DNA from: Alphaproteobacteria bacterium
Lineage (GTDB): Bacteria; Pseudomonadota; Alphaproteobacteria; SP197
NCBI GenBank assembly: GCA_964291265.2
Contig: OZ219747.1
Coordinates: 480,001 to 544,000 of the forward strand
Direction: 5' to 3'
Length of the DNA stretch: 64,000 nt
Notes under the pieces: model-generated
Database searches by the model: none
What the model saw: only the letters and a program-made list of their open reading frames with translations
Told to the model about the DNA's origin: nothing
Translations under genes and position numbers: made by a program
In this document: in pieces, positions 18,343-29,272 of the stretch
Layout of the letters: each line of letters starts with the position of its first letter
Numbering within the stretch: position 1 is the first letter of the stretch

Positions 18343-20052
18343 ATGATCGAAGGAAGCATGCACGCCGGGCGCAGCGAGGCGCGCGGAAGGAAGGGCGCGG
18401 TCTCGGCCGGACACAGGGATGCCGTCGGAGCCGCCCTGTCGCTCCTGGAGGACGGAGGCAATGCCTTCGATGCCATCACCGGTGCGGCCTTTGCGAGTTT
18501 TGTCGTCGAACCGGCCCAGTGCGGACTCGGTGGCTACGCGCGCCTTGCCGGCTTCGATGCCCGGGCGGGACGCATGGTCTCGGTCGACGGCTACCTGAGG
18601 GCGCCCGCCGCTGCCCGAGAGGACATGTTCGAGATCGACGACTCGCGGGGACTCAAGTACTACGAAACGCCATGGACCAAGGACCTGAAGGGCGAGAAGG
18701 GACATCTCGCGGCAGGCGTTCCGGGTGCCGTTGCCGCGATGTGGGAAGTCCACCGACGCCGGGGGCGCCTCGACTGGGCCCGCGTCCTGGAGCCCTCGAT
18801 CCAGTTGGCCGAACGCGGTCTCACCATGACCTGGAACCAGCTGCTCCACGTCTGCGAGGTCCACCCGCTCGTTCGCCGCCATCCGCCGATGCACCGCCAC
18901 CTCTGCCCCGGCGGCGAGCTGCCCCGTATCAACGGCCAGTTCGGCGGCGCCACGGTCCTCGACCTCTCCGAACTCGCGCGCACCTTGCGCCTTATCGCCG
19001 ATGAAGGTCCTTGCGGCTTCTACGAGGGCCGGGTCGCGGAGCTCATAGACCAGGAAATGAGGCGTGGCGGCGGTATCCTGACCGCCGGGGATCTCGCGTC
19101 CTACCAGCCGAAGGTCCTCGAGGAAACACCCCTTGCCTTCCACGGGCTGGATTGCATCACCGGCTTCTGCCCGACCTCCGCCGAATTCCTGAACCTCCTC
19201 GGAACGTTCGATCTCCGTTCGACCACGGGCGCCGCCGCGCACCACCTGATGGCCGAGTGCATGCTCACGGCCTTCACCGACTCCATCCACTGGTACGGCG
19301 ATCCGGATTTCGAGGATGTTCCTGTCGCCGCCCTTTCGTCAGCCGAGTTCGCCAGGAGGCGCGCCGGGGTGATCGATCCGCTAAGGGCCATGCCGCGACC
19401 GCCGCAACCGGCCACGGCCGGCGACCTTGCGGTCTCCAGCCACGCAGCGCCGCCGCAGTCCCTTGAAACGACTCCGTGGGCGCCGAAACTCGGAGGAACG
19501 ACCCAGGTCGCCGTCACCGACAGGGAGGGGAACATGGCGGCCCTGTGCATCAGCCTTTCGGATGCCCATGGCTCCCTCGTCTACTGCCCCGGTACCGGCG
19601 TGGTGCTCAACAACGGCATGCAGAACTTCGACCCCCGGCCAGGACGGCCGAACTCCATCAAGCCCGGCAAGATGCCGATCTTCGCGGCCCCCGTTCTCGT
19701 CGCCACACACGAGGGCCAGCCCGTCTTCGCAGCCGCCGGTTCCGGCGGCTACCGCATTCTCACCGGCGTCATGCACACCTTTGTCAACTGGGCCGTTCAC
19801 GGCATGGACCTCAAGCGAGCCATCGAGGCGCCCAGGGTGCACTGCCAGAGCCGCGAAACATTCGTCGACGAGCGCCTCCCCGCCGCCGTCATCGACGAGC
19901 TCGCCGCCTTGGGGCACGACATCCGCCTCCAGCGCGACGCCCCCGGACTCAACGCCTTCGCCCGCGTCGCTGCCGTGACGAGGGATCCCGCGGGAGGCCT
20001 CCTCACAGGCGCCGCTTGGCCCCCCTGGATCAACGATACCGCTGTTCTGTGA
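18343..20052 (+). CDS. Gamma-glutamyltransferase family (Ntn hydrolase)
   Basis: GGNAFDA, GLGG, GVPG, nucleophile GTTQVAVTDREGN, LNNGM, PGKMP, GSGG, EAPRVH. Confidence 0.88.
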   Translation: MIEGSMHAGRSEARGRKGAVSAGHRDAVGAALSLLEDGGNAFDAITGAAFASFVVEPAQCGLGGYARLAGFDARAGRMVSVDGYLRAPAAAREDMFEIDDSRGLKYYETPWTKDLKGEKGHLAAGVPGAVAAMWEVHRRRGRLDWARVLEPSIQLAERGLTMTWNQLLHVCEVHPLVRRHPPMHRHLCPGGELPRINGQFGGATVLDLSELARTLRLIADEGPCGFYEGRVAELIDQEMRRGGGILTAGDLASYQPKVLEETPLAFHGLDCITGFCPTSAEFLNLLGTFDLRSTTGAAAHHLMAECMLTAFTDSIHWYGDPDFEDVPVAALSSAEFARRRAGVIDPLRAMPRPPQPATAGDLAVSSHAAPPQSLETTPWAPKLGGTTQVAVTDREGNMAALCISLSDAHGSLVYCPGTGVVLNNGMQNFDPRPGRPNSIKPGKMPIFAAPVLVATHEGQPVFAAAGSGGYRILTGVMHTFVNWAVHGMDLKRAIEAPRVHCQSRETFVDERLPAAVIDELAALGHDIRLQRDAPGLNAFARVAAVTRDPAGGLLTGAAWPPWINDTAVL

Positions 20053-20323
20053 TCAGCGTCCGTGGCGGCGTTGAAGACCGCTCTCCTCGGGTCATCAGGA
20101 GCTTCTTCTCCTCGCTGCAGTTCTCCGGATGGCTGCCGATCGTCAGCTCGTCATCGCTCGTGCAAGGTCGACCGGTCCTGGTGCATGCCCTTGCCGATCA
20201 ACTGCCTGACGATCCCGATGATCTAACGGATGGCGCACGAACGGGTGCTCTCCGTGATCCGTGCATCGCCGGAAACCAGGCCCGCCCGCCTTGCTGATCG
20301 CAAGGACGTGCGGGCCGGGAAGA

Positions 20324-21910
20324 TCAGGCTTTCTTGAACAGCTTCCAGAGCATGCGCCCGTCGGGCGTGAGCGCGGGAACGATGGTGTTGCGGTAGATGG
20401 TCGGCTCGAACTCATGGGTGATGAACCGGTAGCAGCCGGACTCTTCCATCATGTCCTGCATGGTCCGGTACATGCCGTCACGCCGGGCGGGATCCATGGT
20501 GACGAGTGCCTCGGCATGAAGGGCGCCGAATTCCGGGTTGTTGAACCGCTCCCAGTTCCACACCCCGACCTGCTGAGGCGTGAACCACATGGTGTACCAT
20601 CCCGGATCGGGCTGGGAGGAGAAACGGGAATAGATGATCTGAAGTGACTTCCAGTCCTCTCCGGAACTCTCGTCCCCCATGGTCCACCAGACACCGGGAT
20701 CGTGGACGTTGATCTCGGTCTCAATGCCGATGTCGGCGAGGTTGGCCTGGATCACCTGACAGGCCGCCGTGTAGGCCGCCTTGTTGAGGGTGTCGATCCG
20801 GCACGAGAACCCGGATCCGAGCCCCGCTTCCTCGAGCTGCTGGCGGGCATACTCCTGATTGCCCTCATAGGGAACGAGCGGTTCGGGGCGGTGGCCGACA
20901 AGGCCCGGCGGGACGATGCCCGTGGCAGGCTCCGCCAGCCCGAAATACGCCGCTTCGAGGATCTGGTTGACATTCACCGCATTCTGGATCGCGCGGCGCA
21001 CCCGGATGTCGCCCATCGCCGCGTTGTCCCGGTTGATTCCCATCCAGACGTACTTGAGCGAGGGATGCTGCACCAGAGAGGCGTCCTCGGGCAGGTCCTC
21101 CAGGAGCGTCGGCACCGAGGTGATCGGCACGCGGGTGATGTCGAGATCACCGGCGAGGAAGCCGACCTCGGCGGCCTGCTCGTCGACGATGGGATAGATC
21201 TCGATGGTGGTGAAGTCCGGATGGGCATGGGGTCCCGCGTAATCCTCCCGCGCCGACAGGGTGAGCTTCTGGGACGGCTGCCAGTCCGTGATCTCGTAGG
21301 CGCCGGACACGGCCGGCGGTTCCGCCTCGTAGCGCTTGCCGTCAAGGGCCTCGACAGCCGCCTTGCAGACGATCAAGCCGCGTCCCGCCGGCATGGTCGT
21401 CGTCCACAGGGGCGCGTAGGGTTCCTTGAGCACGATCGTTCCACTGCGATCGTCGTGGATGTCGACATGGTCAAGGGCACTCCAGTCCTCGGCATAAGGC
21501 GATCCCATCTCGGGATCCGCGATCCTTTCGTAGGAGTACTTGACGTCCTCGGCCGTCATGGCGCCGAAGCCGTTGGTCCAGCCGATGTCATTCCGCAGGG
21601 CAAAGTTGACGTGGGTGTCATCCACCTGCTCGATTTCGGCTGCGGCTTCCTTTTCCCAGCCCCACCGGTCGCCCGCGGATACCGTGACGAGACCGTGGAG
21701 CAGGCAGGAGTTCACGTCCGACTCAGGAGCCGACAGGATGTAGCCGGGGTCGAGGACCTGGATGTCCGAGTAGTTCCTCGTCCTCAGGGTATCGCCCGCT
21801 TCCTGGGCCCGAACGGAAGCGCCGGCCATGGCCAGCGTGCTTCCGGCCACGCCGGCGGCCGATGTTTCCATGAAACGGCGACGGGACAGTTTCAACCGAT
21901 CGTCGGGCAT
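20324..21910 (-). CDS. Family 5 ABC substrate-binding protein with Tat signal
   Basis: SRRRFMETS twin-arginine, TAEDVKYSYER, SGAYEITDW, DIRVRRAI; GGAGG RBS. Confidence 0.88.
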   Translation of the reverse strand: MPDDRLKLSRRRFMETSAAGVAGSTLAMAGASVRAQEAGDTLRTRNYSDIQVLDPGYILSAPESDVNSCLLHGLVTVSAGDRWGWEKEAAAEIEQVDDTHVNFALRNDIGWTNGFGAMTAEDVKYSYERIADPEMGSPYAEDWSALDHVDIHDDRSGTIVLKEPYAPLWTTTMPAGRGLIVCKAAVEALDGKRYEAEPPAVSGAYEITDWQPSQKLTLSAREDYAGPHAHPDFTTIEIYPIVDEQAAEVGFLAGDLDITRVPITSVPTLLEDLPEDASLVQHPSLKYVWMGINRDNAAMGDIRVRRAIQNAVNVNQILEAAYFGLAEPATGIVPPGLVGHRPEPLVPYEGNQEYARQQLEEAGLGSGFSCRIDTLNKAAYTAACQVIQANLADIGIETEINVHDPGVWWTMGDESSGEDWKSLQIIYSRFSSQPDPGWYTMWFTPQQVGVWNWERFNNPEFGALHAEALVTMDPARRDGMYRTMQDMMEESGCYRFITHEFEPTIYRNTIVPALTPDGRMLWKLFKKA

Positions 21911-22276
21911 GTCCTCCTCCCTCTCTGAGCGTTGGCAGACAGTGTCCCAGTGTGATGCAGTCCGACAGGCCTTGTCCAGTGTCCATTCCGTTGACGCCGG
22001 CGCCTCCATGGGCTGATAGTTTCCGGCAGGAACGTGATTCCAGGGGAGAAGAGACCATGTTCAACCAGCCGCGCTCTCAAGGGATTCGCCGGTGCAGGCG
22101 CCTCGGCCGTCCTGCTTCCGGGCGCGGTTCGTGCAGAGGAGATGACGGTGCTGCGCGCCCGCACACTGACCGATCTCAAGCGTTCGGTCACGCGGTGATT
22201 GTCACCGGTTGAGGATGCCCCCACGTTGCACCGGGCGCGGAGTCGCGGTGCATGACCGCTTTCATCCCCTGGCCGG

Positions 22277-22490
22277 GCAATGGGCATCGCCTTCGAGGAT
22301 GGCGATCTCGATTTCCGCGGCACCATCGGGATCGACCGTGGCACGCCCGTGGGATTCAGATCCATTCGCCCGGGCTTCACCCTCGATACGGATGCCGATG
22401 ACGACGCTCTGGACCGCTTGATGAAGCTGACCGTGCGCTTGCGTCATCTTCCAGACCCTGACATCGCTGCCCGCCATCGAGGTCTCGCAC
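22277..22490 (+). pseudogene. OsmC-family protein C-terminal remnant
   Basis: EDGDLDFRGTIG...PVGFRSIR...LDTDA...LMKLT, then frameshifted CVIFQTL. Confidence 0.6.
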
Positions 22491-22595
22491 GCCTCAAGGC
22501 CTGCCGGATGACAGTCCCCCGGTCACGCTCTCCCGCCGGTCGACGTGACGCCGCCGAAGGCTCTCCGCCAGCACGAAAGGGACGATCCCGGCGCG

Positions 22596-23468
22596 TCACG
22601 TCGCGAACGATCGACCGACAACACTTTCCTGATCCTCGAAAATCGAGTCGGAACCGGGGATTCTGGGGACGGGTGATCGCACGGGAAGAGCTTCCTGGCG
22701 AGGCTCGAGAGTCGGTTCGCCCCTGAGGATACGGCTGTCGAATTCGGCGAGATCGAACGGTCCCGCACTGGCCAGCGGCCAGGCATCGACCGCCATGTAG
22801 CACATGAGGAGCAGGCGGCGGTCGCGGCGCAACCGGTTCTCCAGGGACCCGTGCAGCGTGCGCACGTGGTGAATCGTGATCGAACCCGCCCTTCCGGTGA
22901 GGGGCACCGCGTCTTCGCGAAGCGCGCCGAGTTCACCGGCCCTGCAACTTCCCACGAAGAAGCCCTCGTGGTGGTGATCGAGGACCGGCCCCCTGTGGCT
23001 CCCCGGAATCACCATCAACGGTCCGTTCTCCAGGGTGCAGTCCCCGAGATGGAGGCCGACAGCGAGCAGGTCGTCGTTCGTGTGGGGGTAGAAGGCCCAG
23101 TCCTGGTGCCAGTCGATCGCCGCCTGACCACCCCTGGACTTGATGTTCATCTTGGAGTGGTCGAACCGGACGCCCGGGCCGACGAGGCACTCGACGATGT
23201 CGAGCAGACACTCCTTGCGGGCAGCGCGGGCATAGACATCATCGAGGGCAACCGGATTCTTGATGCGCCGCACCACCGGGCGTTCCGCCGTGTGATGCGG
23301 CGCCAGATCGAAGAGGGAATCGCTTGCTGCAATCTCCCGCGAGCGCTCGACGTAGCTGTCCGTCACACGGTTGAGTTCGGCGACTTCGGTCCTGTCGAAG
23401 ACATCCTCGACAAGAAGATAGCCTTCGCGACGATAGAACCGTACCTGTTCGGGCGTCAACACGGGCAT
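22596..23468 (-). CDS. Phytanoyl-CoA dioxygenase (PhyH) family Fe(II)/2OG enzyme
   Basis: WHQD, ENGPLMVIPGSH, AGSITIHHVRTLHGS..N...DRR; AGGAGG RBS. Confidence 0.88.
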   Translation of the reverse strand: MPVLTPEQVRFYRREGYLLVEDVFDRTEVAELNRVTDSYVERSREIAASDSLFDLAPHHTAERPVVRRIKNPVALDDVYARAARKECLLDIVECLVGPGVRFDHSKMNIKSRGGQAAIDWHQDWAFYPHTNDDLLAVGLHLGDCTLENGPLMVIPGSHRGPVLDHHHEGFFVGSCRAGELGALREDAVPLTGRAGSITIHHVRTLHGSLENRLRRDRRLLLMCYMAVDAWPLASAGPFDLAEFDSRILRGEPTLEPRQEALPVRSPVPRIPGSDSIFEDQESVVGRSFAT

Positions 23469-23661
23469 CCTCCTGCCATCGGCCACGGCCCATGCGCAGG
23501 CGAAGGGCGCCCGCACGCTCGGTGCCGCCGCCCCGGCGGCCGGTTCGCAAGGCAGCCGGACTGGAAGATGTGCGGGGTCGCGATCCCCGGTCCGCAATGC
23601 GCGTTGGCTGGGCGAACTGTCATCTCGCGCCTGTTCCCACTTGCCGCCCCGGCCTCGAACG

Positions 23662-23688
23662 AAAACGGCCCGGCAGGAGCCGGGCCGT
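23662..23688 (-). terminator. Probable intrinsic terminator after the YccA gene
   Basis: ACGGCCCGGC-TCCT-GCCGGGCCGT hairpin followed by T residues on the minus strand. Confidence 0.6.
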
Positions 23689-23715
23689 CTGACGTGCACC
23701 CTGGCTCAGCGCCGT

Positions 23716-24486
23716 TCACTCGCTGCGGGCGACACCGAGCAGCTGGATGAGCATGACGAAGAGGTTGATGAAGTCGAGGTAGAGCCTCAGGGCCCCGTGA
23801 ATGGCCGACTTCGTCATCACCGCCCCGCTCATGTGGACGTCATAGCTCTCCTTGATGCGCTGCGTGTCGTAGGCCGTCAGGCCGACGAACACGATGACGC
23901 CGATGGCCGAGATGGCGAACTGGAGGGCGGAACTCTGCAGGAAGATGTTCACCACCATGGCGATGATGACGCCGATCAGGCCCATGAAGAGGAACGAACC
24001 CCATGCCGCCAGGGACCGCTTGGTGGTGTAGCCATAGAGGCTCATGGCGCCGAAGGTCACCGCCGTGATGAAGAAGACACGGGCGATGCTCTCCTGCGTG
24101 AAGGCCATGAATATCGTGGCCAGCGAGAGTCCCATCAGGGCCGCGAAGATCCAGAACACCATCTGAGCGGAGGATGGCGACATCCTGTGAAGACGGAAGG
24201 AGAACAGGAAGACGAGGCCAAGGGGTGCCAGCATGACCACCCACTGGAGAGGCGAGCCGAACAGAAGGGCGCCCAGCGGGGTGAATCCGATGATGGCGCC
24301 CTGCGGGTTGGTGACAACCGACAGCTGCGCCGTGCCAAAGGCGATGATGCCCGTGATGGCAAGCGCCACACCCATGTAGTTGTAGACGCGCAGCATGTAG
24401 CTGCGCAGACCCTCGTCATAGAGGGGCGTTGTCCGGGTGAACGCAGCAGCGCCGGGTCCTGCGTTGCCGAAAGCCATGTTCTTCAT
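23716..24486 (-). CDS. Bax inhibitor-1/YccA family membrane protein
   Basis: DEGLRSYMLRVYNYM, YGYTTKR, TAYDTQRIK, GALRLYLDFINLF. Confidence 0.92.
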   Translation of the reverse strand: MKNMAFGNAGPGAAAFTRTTPLYDEGLRSYMLRVYNYMGVALAITGIIAFGTAQLSVVTNPQGAIIGFTPLGALLFGSPLQWVVMLAPLGLVFLFSFRLHRMSPSSAQMVFWIFAALMGLSLATIFMAFTQESIARVFFITAVTFGAMSLYGYTTKRSLAAWGSFLFMGLIGVIIAMVVNIFLQSSALQFAISAIGVIVFVGLTAYDTQRIKESYDVHMSGAVMTKSAIHGALRLYLDFINLFVMLIQLLGVARSE

Positions 24487-24593
24487 CCCTGTTTGTGTCG
24501 TTCGGAAGGTATGCCGAGCGTCATGCCCGGTTTCACTGTTACTTATGTGTGATCCGGGGGCGAACCGTCAAGTCCACATGGCAGCGCTCCCGG

Positions 24594-27086
24594 TCAGGCA
24601 TTGCGCAGGACCGGAGCTGCCGGAGCCGAAAGCAGGGTCCATCCCGTCACGATGCCGGCGGCGAGCGATACGCCAAGGGCGAGGAACAGGAGGGCAAGCG
24701 TCGCTGACCACGGCATGATCCAGGCGAGATCAAGCGCAAGGGTCACGATCGCCCAGGATGCCGCGGTACCCACCACCAGCGCCGGAAGGGCGACCGCGAT
24801 TCCGAGAAGCGCGTGTTCGAGGGTGAAGACGGACAGCACCAGCAGCCTCGTGGCGCCCAGGACCTTGAGAATGGCCGCCTCTCCACGGCGGCGCCCCTGT
24901 GCAGCCACGACCGTCTCGGCGATGACGATCAATCCGCTGGCGAAGGCCACGAGGGCGATGACGCGGACGACCGAATCGACGCTTTCCAGAATGGCGCGAA
25001 TGTCCTCGATGACATGGCGCACACTGATGATGGAGATGTTGGGAAACATCCGGACAAGGTCCCGGCGCAGTGGATTCTCGGCCTCGACATCTGCATGAAG
25101 GGTCGCGATGTGGGTGTGCGGGGCCGCTTCGAGCAGGCCGGGCGAGAACACGAGGACAAAGTTCAGTCCGGCGGATGCCCAGTCGATGTGACGCAGGTTT
25201 GCGATCCGCGCCGTGATCTCCCTGCCGAGCACGTTGACGGTCAGGGTATCGCCGACATCGACGTGATAGCCGGCGGCAAGTTCGGCATCGAAGGACAGAA
25301 GCGGCGGCCCGGCATGATCTTCTTCCCACCATTGGCCGGCGACGACGGTGGCGTTCCCCGGCGCTCCCCGGAAGGTGACGCCGACATCGGAACTGATGGA
25401 CCACCGGGCATCGTCCTCAACCCTTGCCTCGGCCACCGGTACGCCGTTGATCGCGGTCACCCGGCCGCGCATGGCGGGGGAGGATTCGACCTCCGTGACA
25501 TCCCGGCGGGCCGTCACCGTGTCGATGAACGGATCGATCTGATCGGACTGGAGGTCGATGACGAAGAAGGCCGGGACCTTGCGGGAGGAGGCGACATCGA
25601 GTTCCCTTGCAAGATTCGCCTCGACACCGGCGATGACCGCGAGAACGGCAAGCCCGGTTCCGAGCGCCACGGACACAGGAACCGTCCCTGCTCCCGGACG
25701 ATGGAGATTGGCCAGCGCCAGACGCAGGACCACGGGGCGCGGCCTGCCAGCGAACCGCGCCAGACGGGACAGTCCCTGACCGACGAGACGGAACAGCACG
25801 AGAACGGCAAGAATGGCGGCACAAAACACGACAGCGAAAAGACGCTCGTTGCCGGCAACGATGGCAATCGCCGCCACGCCTGCAGCCAGAAGAGCGACCG
25901 TCAGCCTGTCGCGCGTGCGCAGCCTCGTGCCGGGAAGCCCGGCGACACGAAACAGGCTGGCCGGGGAGATCTCCCTCGTGCGCAGGAGCGGCGGCAGCGC
26001 GAAGACCAGCGTGACGAGGATGCCGCAGGCCGCGGCAACGAGAAGCGGTCCCGGATGTATGTCCGCAGCGACGGAGACGGGGAGTGCTGCGCCCGCCAGC
26101 CCGGCCGCCAGAATCGGAAGGGTTGCTCCCGCGATCAGTCCGGCGGCGATGCCGAACCCGGCCATGATGGCGATCTCGACGAGATAGCTCGTGAGAACCA
26201 GCCGCTGCGAGGCGCCCAGGGACTTCAGGGTGGCGATGGTCGGCACCTGGCGGGCGAGATAGGTGGTGACGGCGCTGGACATGCCGATACCTCCGATCAG
26301 GAGGGCCGTCAGACCGACCAGGGTGATGAAGAGGGACAGGCGCTCGAGAAACCGGCGCAGCGACGGATTGGCGTCATCGGCACTGCGGATGCGCCAGGTC
26401 GCGTCCGGAAAGGTCCGCTGCAGGTCGGCGATGGCCCCGGTCACATCGCCGGGATCATCGAGCCTGATGCGCACGAGATGGCGCACGAGGCTGCCCGTGC
26501 CGGCGATACCTGCAGAATCCAGCCGGTCCAGTGACAGGATGACTCGCGGACCGAGGCGGAAGGGAGCGCTCGCTCGATCAGGTTCCTCGACAAGAGCCGC
26601 CGCGATGGGAACAACGGCTTCGCCAAGGAAAAACGACGAACCGACGTCGAGACCGGTCGACTCGAGAAAGTCCCTGTCGACGATGGCGCCCTCCGCAAGG
26701 GCATGGTTCAGCGGGATCGGGGGATCGATGAGCGCCTCGCCGTAGAGTGGCCAGCTGTCATCGACGGCCCGCAGGTTCACCAGCAGCGGTTCGCCTTCCG
26801 CCGGTCGCGCCATGGCGAAGAGATCGGCCGACCGCGACAGCGCGCCGTGCGCTTCGAGCCACCGGATCTGCCCGTCGTTCGGCGGTGTGAACGTCGTGCG
26901 CAACGCAATGTCGCCGCCCAGAATGACACGCCCGTTCTCGCGCAGGTTCTCCACGAGACCGGCGCCCAAACTGCCGACGCCCGCGATGGTCGTGACCCCG
27001 AGAGCAAGGGCGAAGACGGCCAGGAGGAACCGCCTCCTGCCGCCCTTCAGATTCCGCCGGGCGATGGTCCAGGCCAGGGTGATCAC
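24594..27086 (-). CDS. ABC transporter permease (YbbP/FtsX-like)
   Basis: ILGGD, YPLYG-like WPLYG, IATLKSLGA, PAFFVIDLQ, NFVLVF, ILKVLGA. Confidence 0.88.
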   Translation of the reverse strand: MITLAWTIARRNLKGGRRRFLLAVFALALGVTTIAGVGSLGAGLVENLRENGRVILGGDIALRTTFTPPNDGQIRWLEAHGALSRSADLFAMARPAEGEPLLVNLRAVDDSWPLYGEALIDPPIPLNHALAEGAIVDRDFLESTGLDVGSSFFLGEAVVPIAAALVEEPDRASAPFRLGPRVILSLDRLDSAGIAGTGSLVRHLVRIRLDDPGDVTGAIADLQRTFPDATWRIRSADDANPSLRRFLERLSLFITLVGLTALLIGGIGMSSAVTTYLARQVPTIATLKSLGASQRLVLTSYLVEIAIMAGFGIAAGLIAGATLPILAAGLAGAALPVSVAADIHPGPLLVAAACGILVTLVFALPPLLRTREISPASLFRVAGLPGTRLRTRDRLTVALLAAGVAAIAIVAGNERLFAVVFCAAILAVLVLFRLVGQGLSRLARFAGRPRPVVLRLALANLHRPGAGTVPVSVALGTGLAVLAVIAGVEANLARELDVASSRKVPAFFVIDLQSDQIDPFIDTVTARRDVTEVESSPAMRGRVTAINGVPVAEARVEDDARWSISSDVGVTFRGAPGNATVVAGQWWEEDHAGPPLLSFDAELAAGYHVDVGDTLTVNVLGREITARIANLRHIDWASAGLNFVLVFSPGLLEAAPHTHIATLHADVEAENPLRRDLVRMFPNISIISVRHVIEDIRAILESVDSVVRVIALVAFASGLIVIAETVVAAQGRRRGEAAILKVLGATRLLVLSVFTLEHALLGIAVALPALVVGTAASWAIVTLALDLAWIMPWSATLALLFLALGVSLAAGIVTGWTLLSAPAAPVLRNA

Positions 27087-27760
27087 GCAACCTCCCGGCA
27101 GGTGCCGTTCTCGATGGCGACGGTGCGCCCGCAGCGCCGTGCCATGGCGTGGTCGTGGGTGACCAGCATCACCGTGGCGCCGGCTTGCGCGGCGACGTCG
27201 AACATCAGGTCCGTGACCGCCGCACCGGTCTGGTTGTCGAGATTGCCTGTCGGCTCGTCAGCGAGCAGCAACGGCGGACGGTTGACGAGGGCGCGGGCAA
27301 GGGCCACGCGCTGTTGCTCGCCGCCCGAGAGTTCCACCGGCAGGTGCCCCGACCTCGCCTCCAGCCCGGTCTCTGCAAGCACCCGGCGCGCCTTTCGGTT
27401 GGCATCGGCGTCCGCCGCCAGCTCAAGGGGGAGAGCGACATTCTCGAGAGCCGTCATCGTTGCAATGAGGTGGAAGGACTGGAAGACGATGCCGATCATG
27501 CGTCCGCGGAACGTCGCCAATTCATCCTCGTCGAATGCGGCAAGATTCCGGCCGCTGATCTCGACCGTGCCGGAAGTCGGCCGCTCCAGTCCGGCCGTCA
27601 GCGCCAGGAGAGACGACTTGCCGGACCCCGACGGACCGATGACGGCCACATGGCAGCCCTCCTCGACGACAAGGGAGACATCCCGCAGGATGCTGACGAC
27701 GCCTGCGGCCCCGGTGAGCCTCAGGTGAAGGCTGCTCAGACGGACGACGGGATCGGGCAT
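27083..27760 (-). CDS. ABC transporter ATP-binding protein (YbbA-like)
   Basis: GPSGSGKS, LSGGEQQR, ADEPTGNLD, VTHD. Confidence 0.9.
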   Translation of the reverse strand: MPDPVVRLSSLHLRLTGAAGVVSILRDVSLVVEEGCHVAVIGPSGSGKSSLLALTAGLERPTSGTVEISGRNLAAFDEDELATFRGRMIGIVFQSFHLIATMTALENVALPLELAADADANRKARRVLAETGLEARSGHLPVELSGGEQQRVALARALVNRPPLLLADEPTGNLDNQTGAAVTDLMFDVAAQAGATVMLVTHDHAMARRCGRTVAIENGTCREVA

Positions 27761-27765
27761 CGCGG

Positions 27766-28407
27766 ATGAGACAGATGAGACAGGTTGGACGCATGGCGGT
27801 CCTGGTCGCGGGACTCCTGGCGAGCGCCCCCGCGGCAAGCGCCGAAGTGCGCATCCTGGCGCTCGGCGACAGTCTGACGGCGGGCTACGGCCTCCCTGCC
27901 GCCGACAGCTTCGTCGCCCGTCTCGGCGTCGCCCTCGAGCGGCTGGACCGCGACGTCAGGATCATCAATGCCGGCGTGTCCGGTGACACCACGACCGGTG
28001 GGCTGGCACGCCTGGAATGGGCCTTTGCCGACGGCGCGGATGCGGCGATCGTGGCCCTGGGTTCCAACGATGCCCTGAGGGGTATCGATCCGGGCATGAG
28101 TCGAGCCAATCTCGACCGGATCCTCTCGCTTCTCGGACAGCGGAACGTACCGGTGCTGCTGGCCGGCATGGCCGCACCACGCAACCTCGGCTCCGATTTC
28201 GTCTCGGCCTTCGATGCCATCTACCCTGAACTCGCCGATCAGCATGGAGCGATTCTCTACCCGTTCTTTCTCGATGGTGTGGCGATGGTCCCGTCACTCA
28301 ACCAGGACGACGGCATCCACCCCAACGCCCGGGGCGTGGAAGTGATTGTCGAGAGAATGGTGCCATATGTGCTCCGGCTTCTCGAACGTGTCATCGCCGG
28401 ACCATGA
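27766..28407 (+). CDS. tesA: Arylesterase/thioesterase I (SGNH), divergent from the ybbA-like gene
   Basis: GDSLTAGYG, NAGVSGDTT, GSNDALRG, DGIHPN; start codon uncertain. Confidence 0.88.
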   Translation: MRQMRQVGRMAVLVAGLLASAPAASAEVRILALGDSLTAGYGLPAADSFVARLGVALERLDRDVRIINAGVSGDTTTGGLARLEWAFADGADAAIVALGSNDALRGIDPGMSRANLDRILSLLGQRNVPVLLAGMAAPRNLGSDFVSAFDAIYPELADQHGAILYPFFLDGVAMVPSLNQDDGIHPNARGVEVIVERMVPYVLRLLERVIAGP

Positions 28408-28946
28408 CGCCGCCTCTCTTCATTGCAGTCGCCGTGCCCTCGACCATTGCCGGGAGACTGGCGGCGCTGGGCGGCGGAATCCCGGGCGGGCGCCAGGTGC
28501 CGGCAGAGAACATGCATATCACGCTGCGCTACCTGGGCGAAATCGACGCCATGCTGGCCGACGAGGTCTGCGAGGCCCTTGTCACGGTCCGCCATTCTCC
28601 CTTCACGCTCAACGTGTCAGGGGTCGGCCTCTTCGGCAAACGGCGCGACCCCCACCTTCTCTATGCCGGAGTCCGTCCGCACGACGACCTGGCGGCGCTG
28701 CGCCACAAGGTGGAGGGCCTGCTGCTTCAGTTGCGCGTTCCGCCGCGGCAACGCAGGTACCATCCGCACATCACCCTCGCCCGTTTCAAGGGCGCCTCGC
28801 CCCGCCGCATGGGCGACTTCGTGGCCGCCAACCACCTGCTTGAATCGCCGCCGTTCGAGATCCGCTCCTTCGCCCTTTTCGAGAGCCATCGGCGCAGCGA
28901 CGGTTCCCGTTACCGCATGATCCGGGACTACTCCCTGGAGCCCTGA
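28404..28946 (+). CDS. thpR: RNA 2',3'-cyclic phosphodiesterase (2H family)
   Basis: Two HxT motifs: HITLRYLG and PHITLAR. Confidence 0.88.
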   Translation: MTPPLFIAVAVPSTIAGRLAALGGGIPGGRQVPAENMHITLRYLGEIDAMLADEVCEALVTVRHSPFTLNVSGVGLFGKRRDPHLLYAGVRPHDDLAALRHKVEGLLLQLRVPPRQRRYHPHITLARFKGASPRRMGDFVAANHLLESPPFEIRSFALFESHRRSDGSRYRMIRDYSLEP

Positions 28947-29089
28947 CCCCGGGGCGGCCGTGCCCGTGACCCGTCGCGACGCGGTTCGGGATAACGCCCC
29001 CCTGTCCGCGGATGCCCCCGGCGATGTTGTCGACGATATGCAAGGCTGGGTCCGACGATCGGTTTTCGGGGTCGGTTTCAGCGCGCGGG

Positions 29090-29272
29090 CCGCTGCGAGC
29101 GGCGGCAGCCACGGAGGTATCTCCTGAGTGCTTCGTCGATTCCCGGCGCTCGACTGCTCCGCAGTCTGCACGAGGGACCGCAGGCAGCCGGCGGAGCTCC
29201 TTGGGCGGAATGACCTGTCCCTTCGCCGAGACGCTAGCGGTGAGCTTGTCGCGCGCAGCCATCGCGGTCATG
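29090..29272 (-). pseudogene. AbrB/MazE-type antitoxin remnant
   Basis: MAARDKLTASVSAKGQVIPPKELRR, then degraded. Confidence 0.5.
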
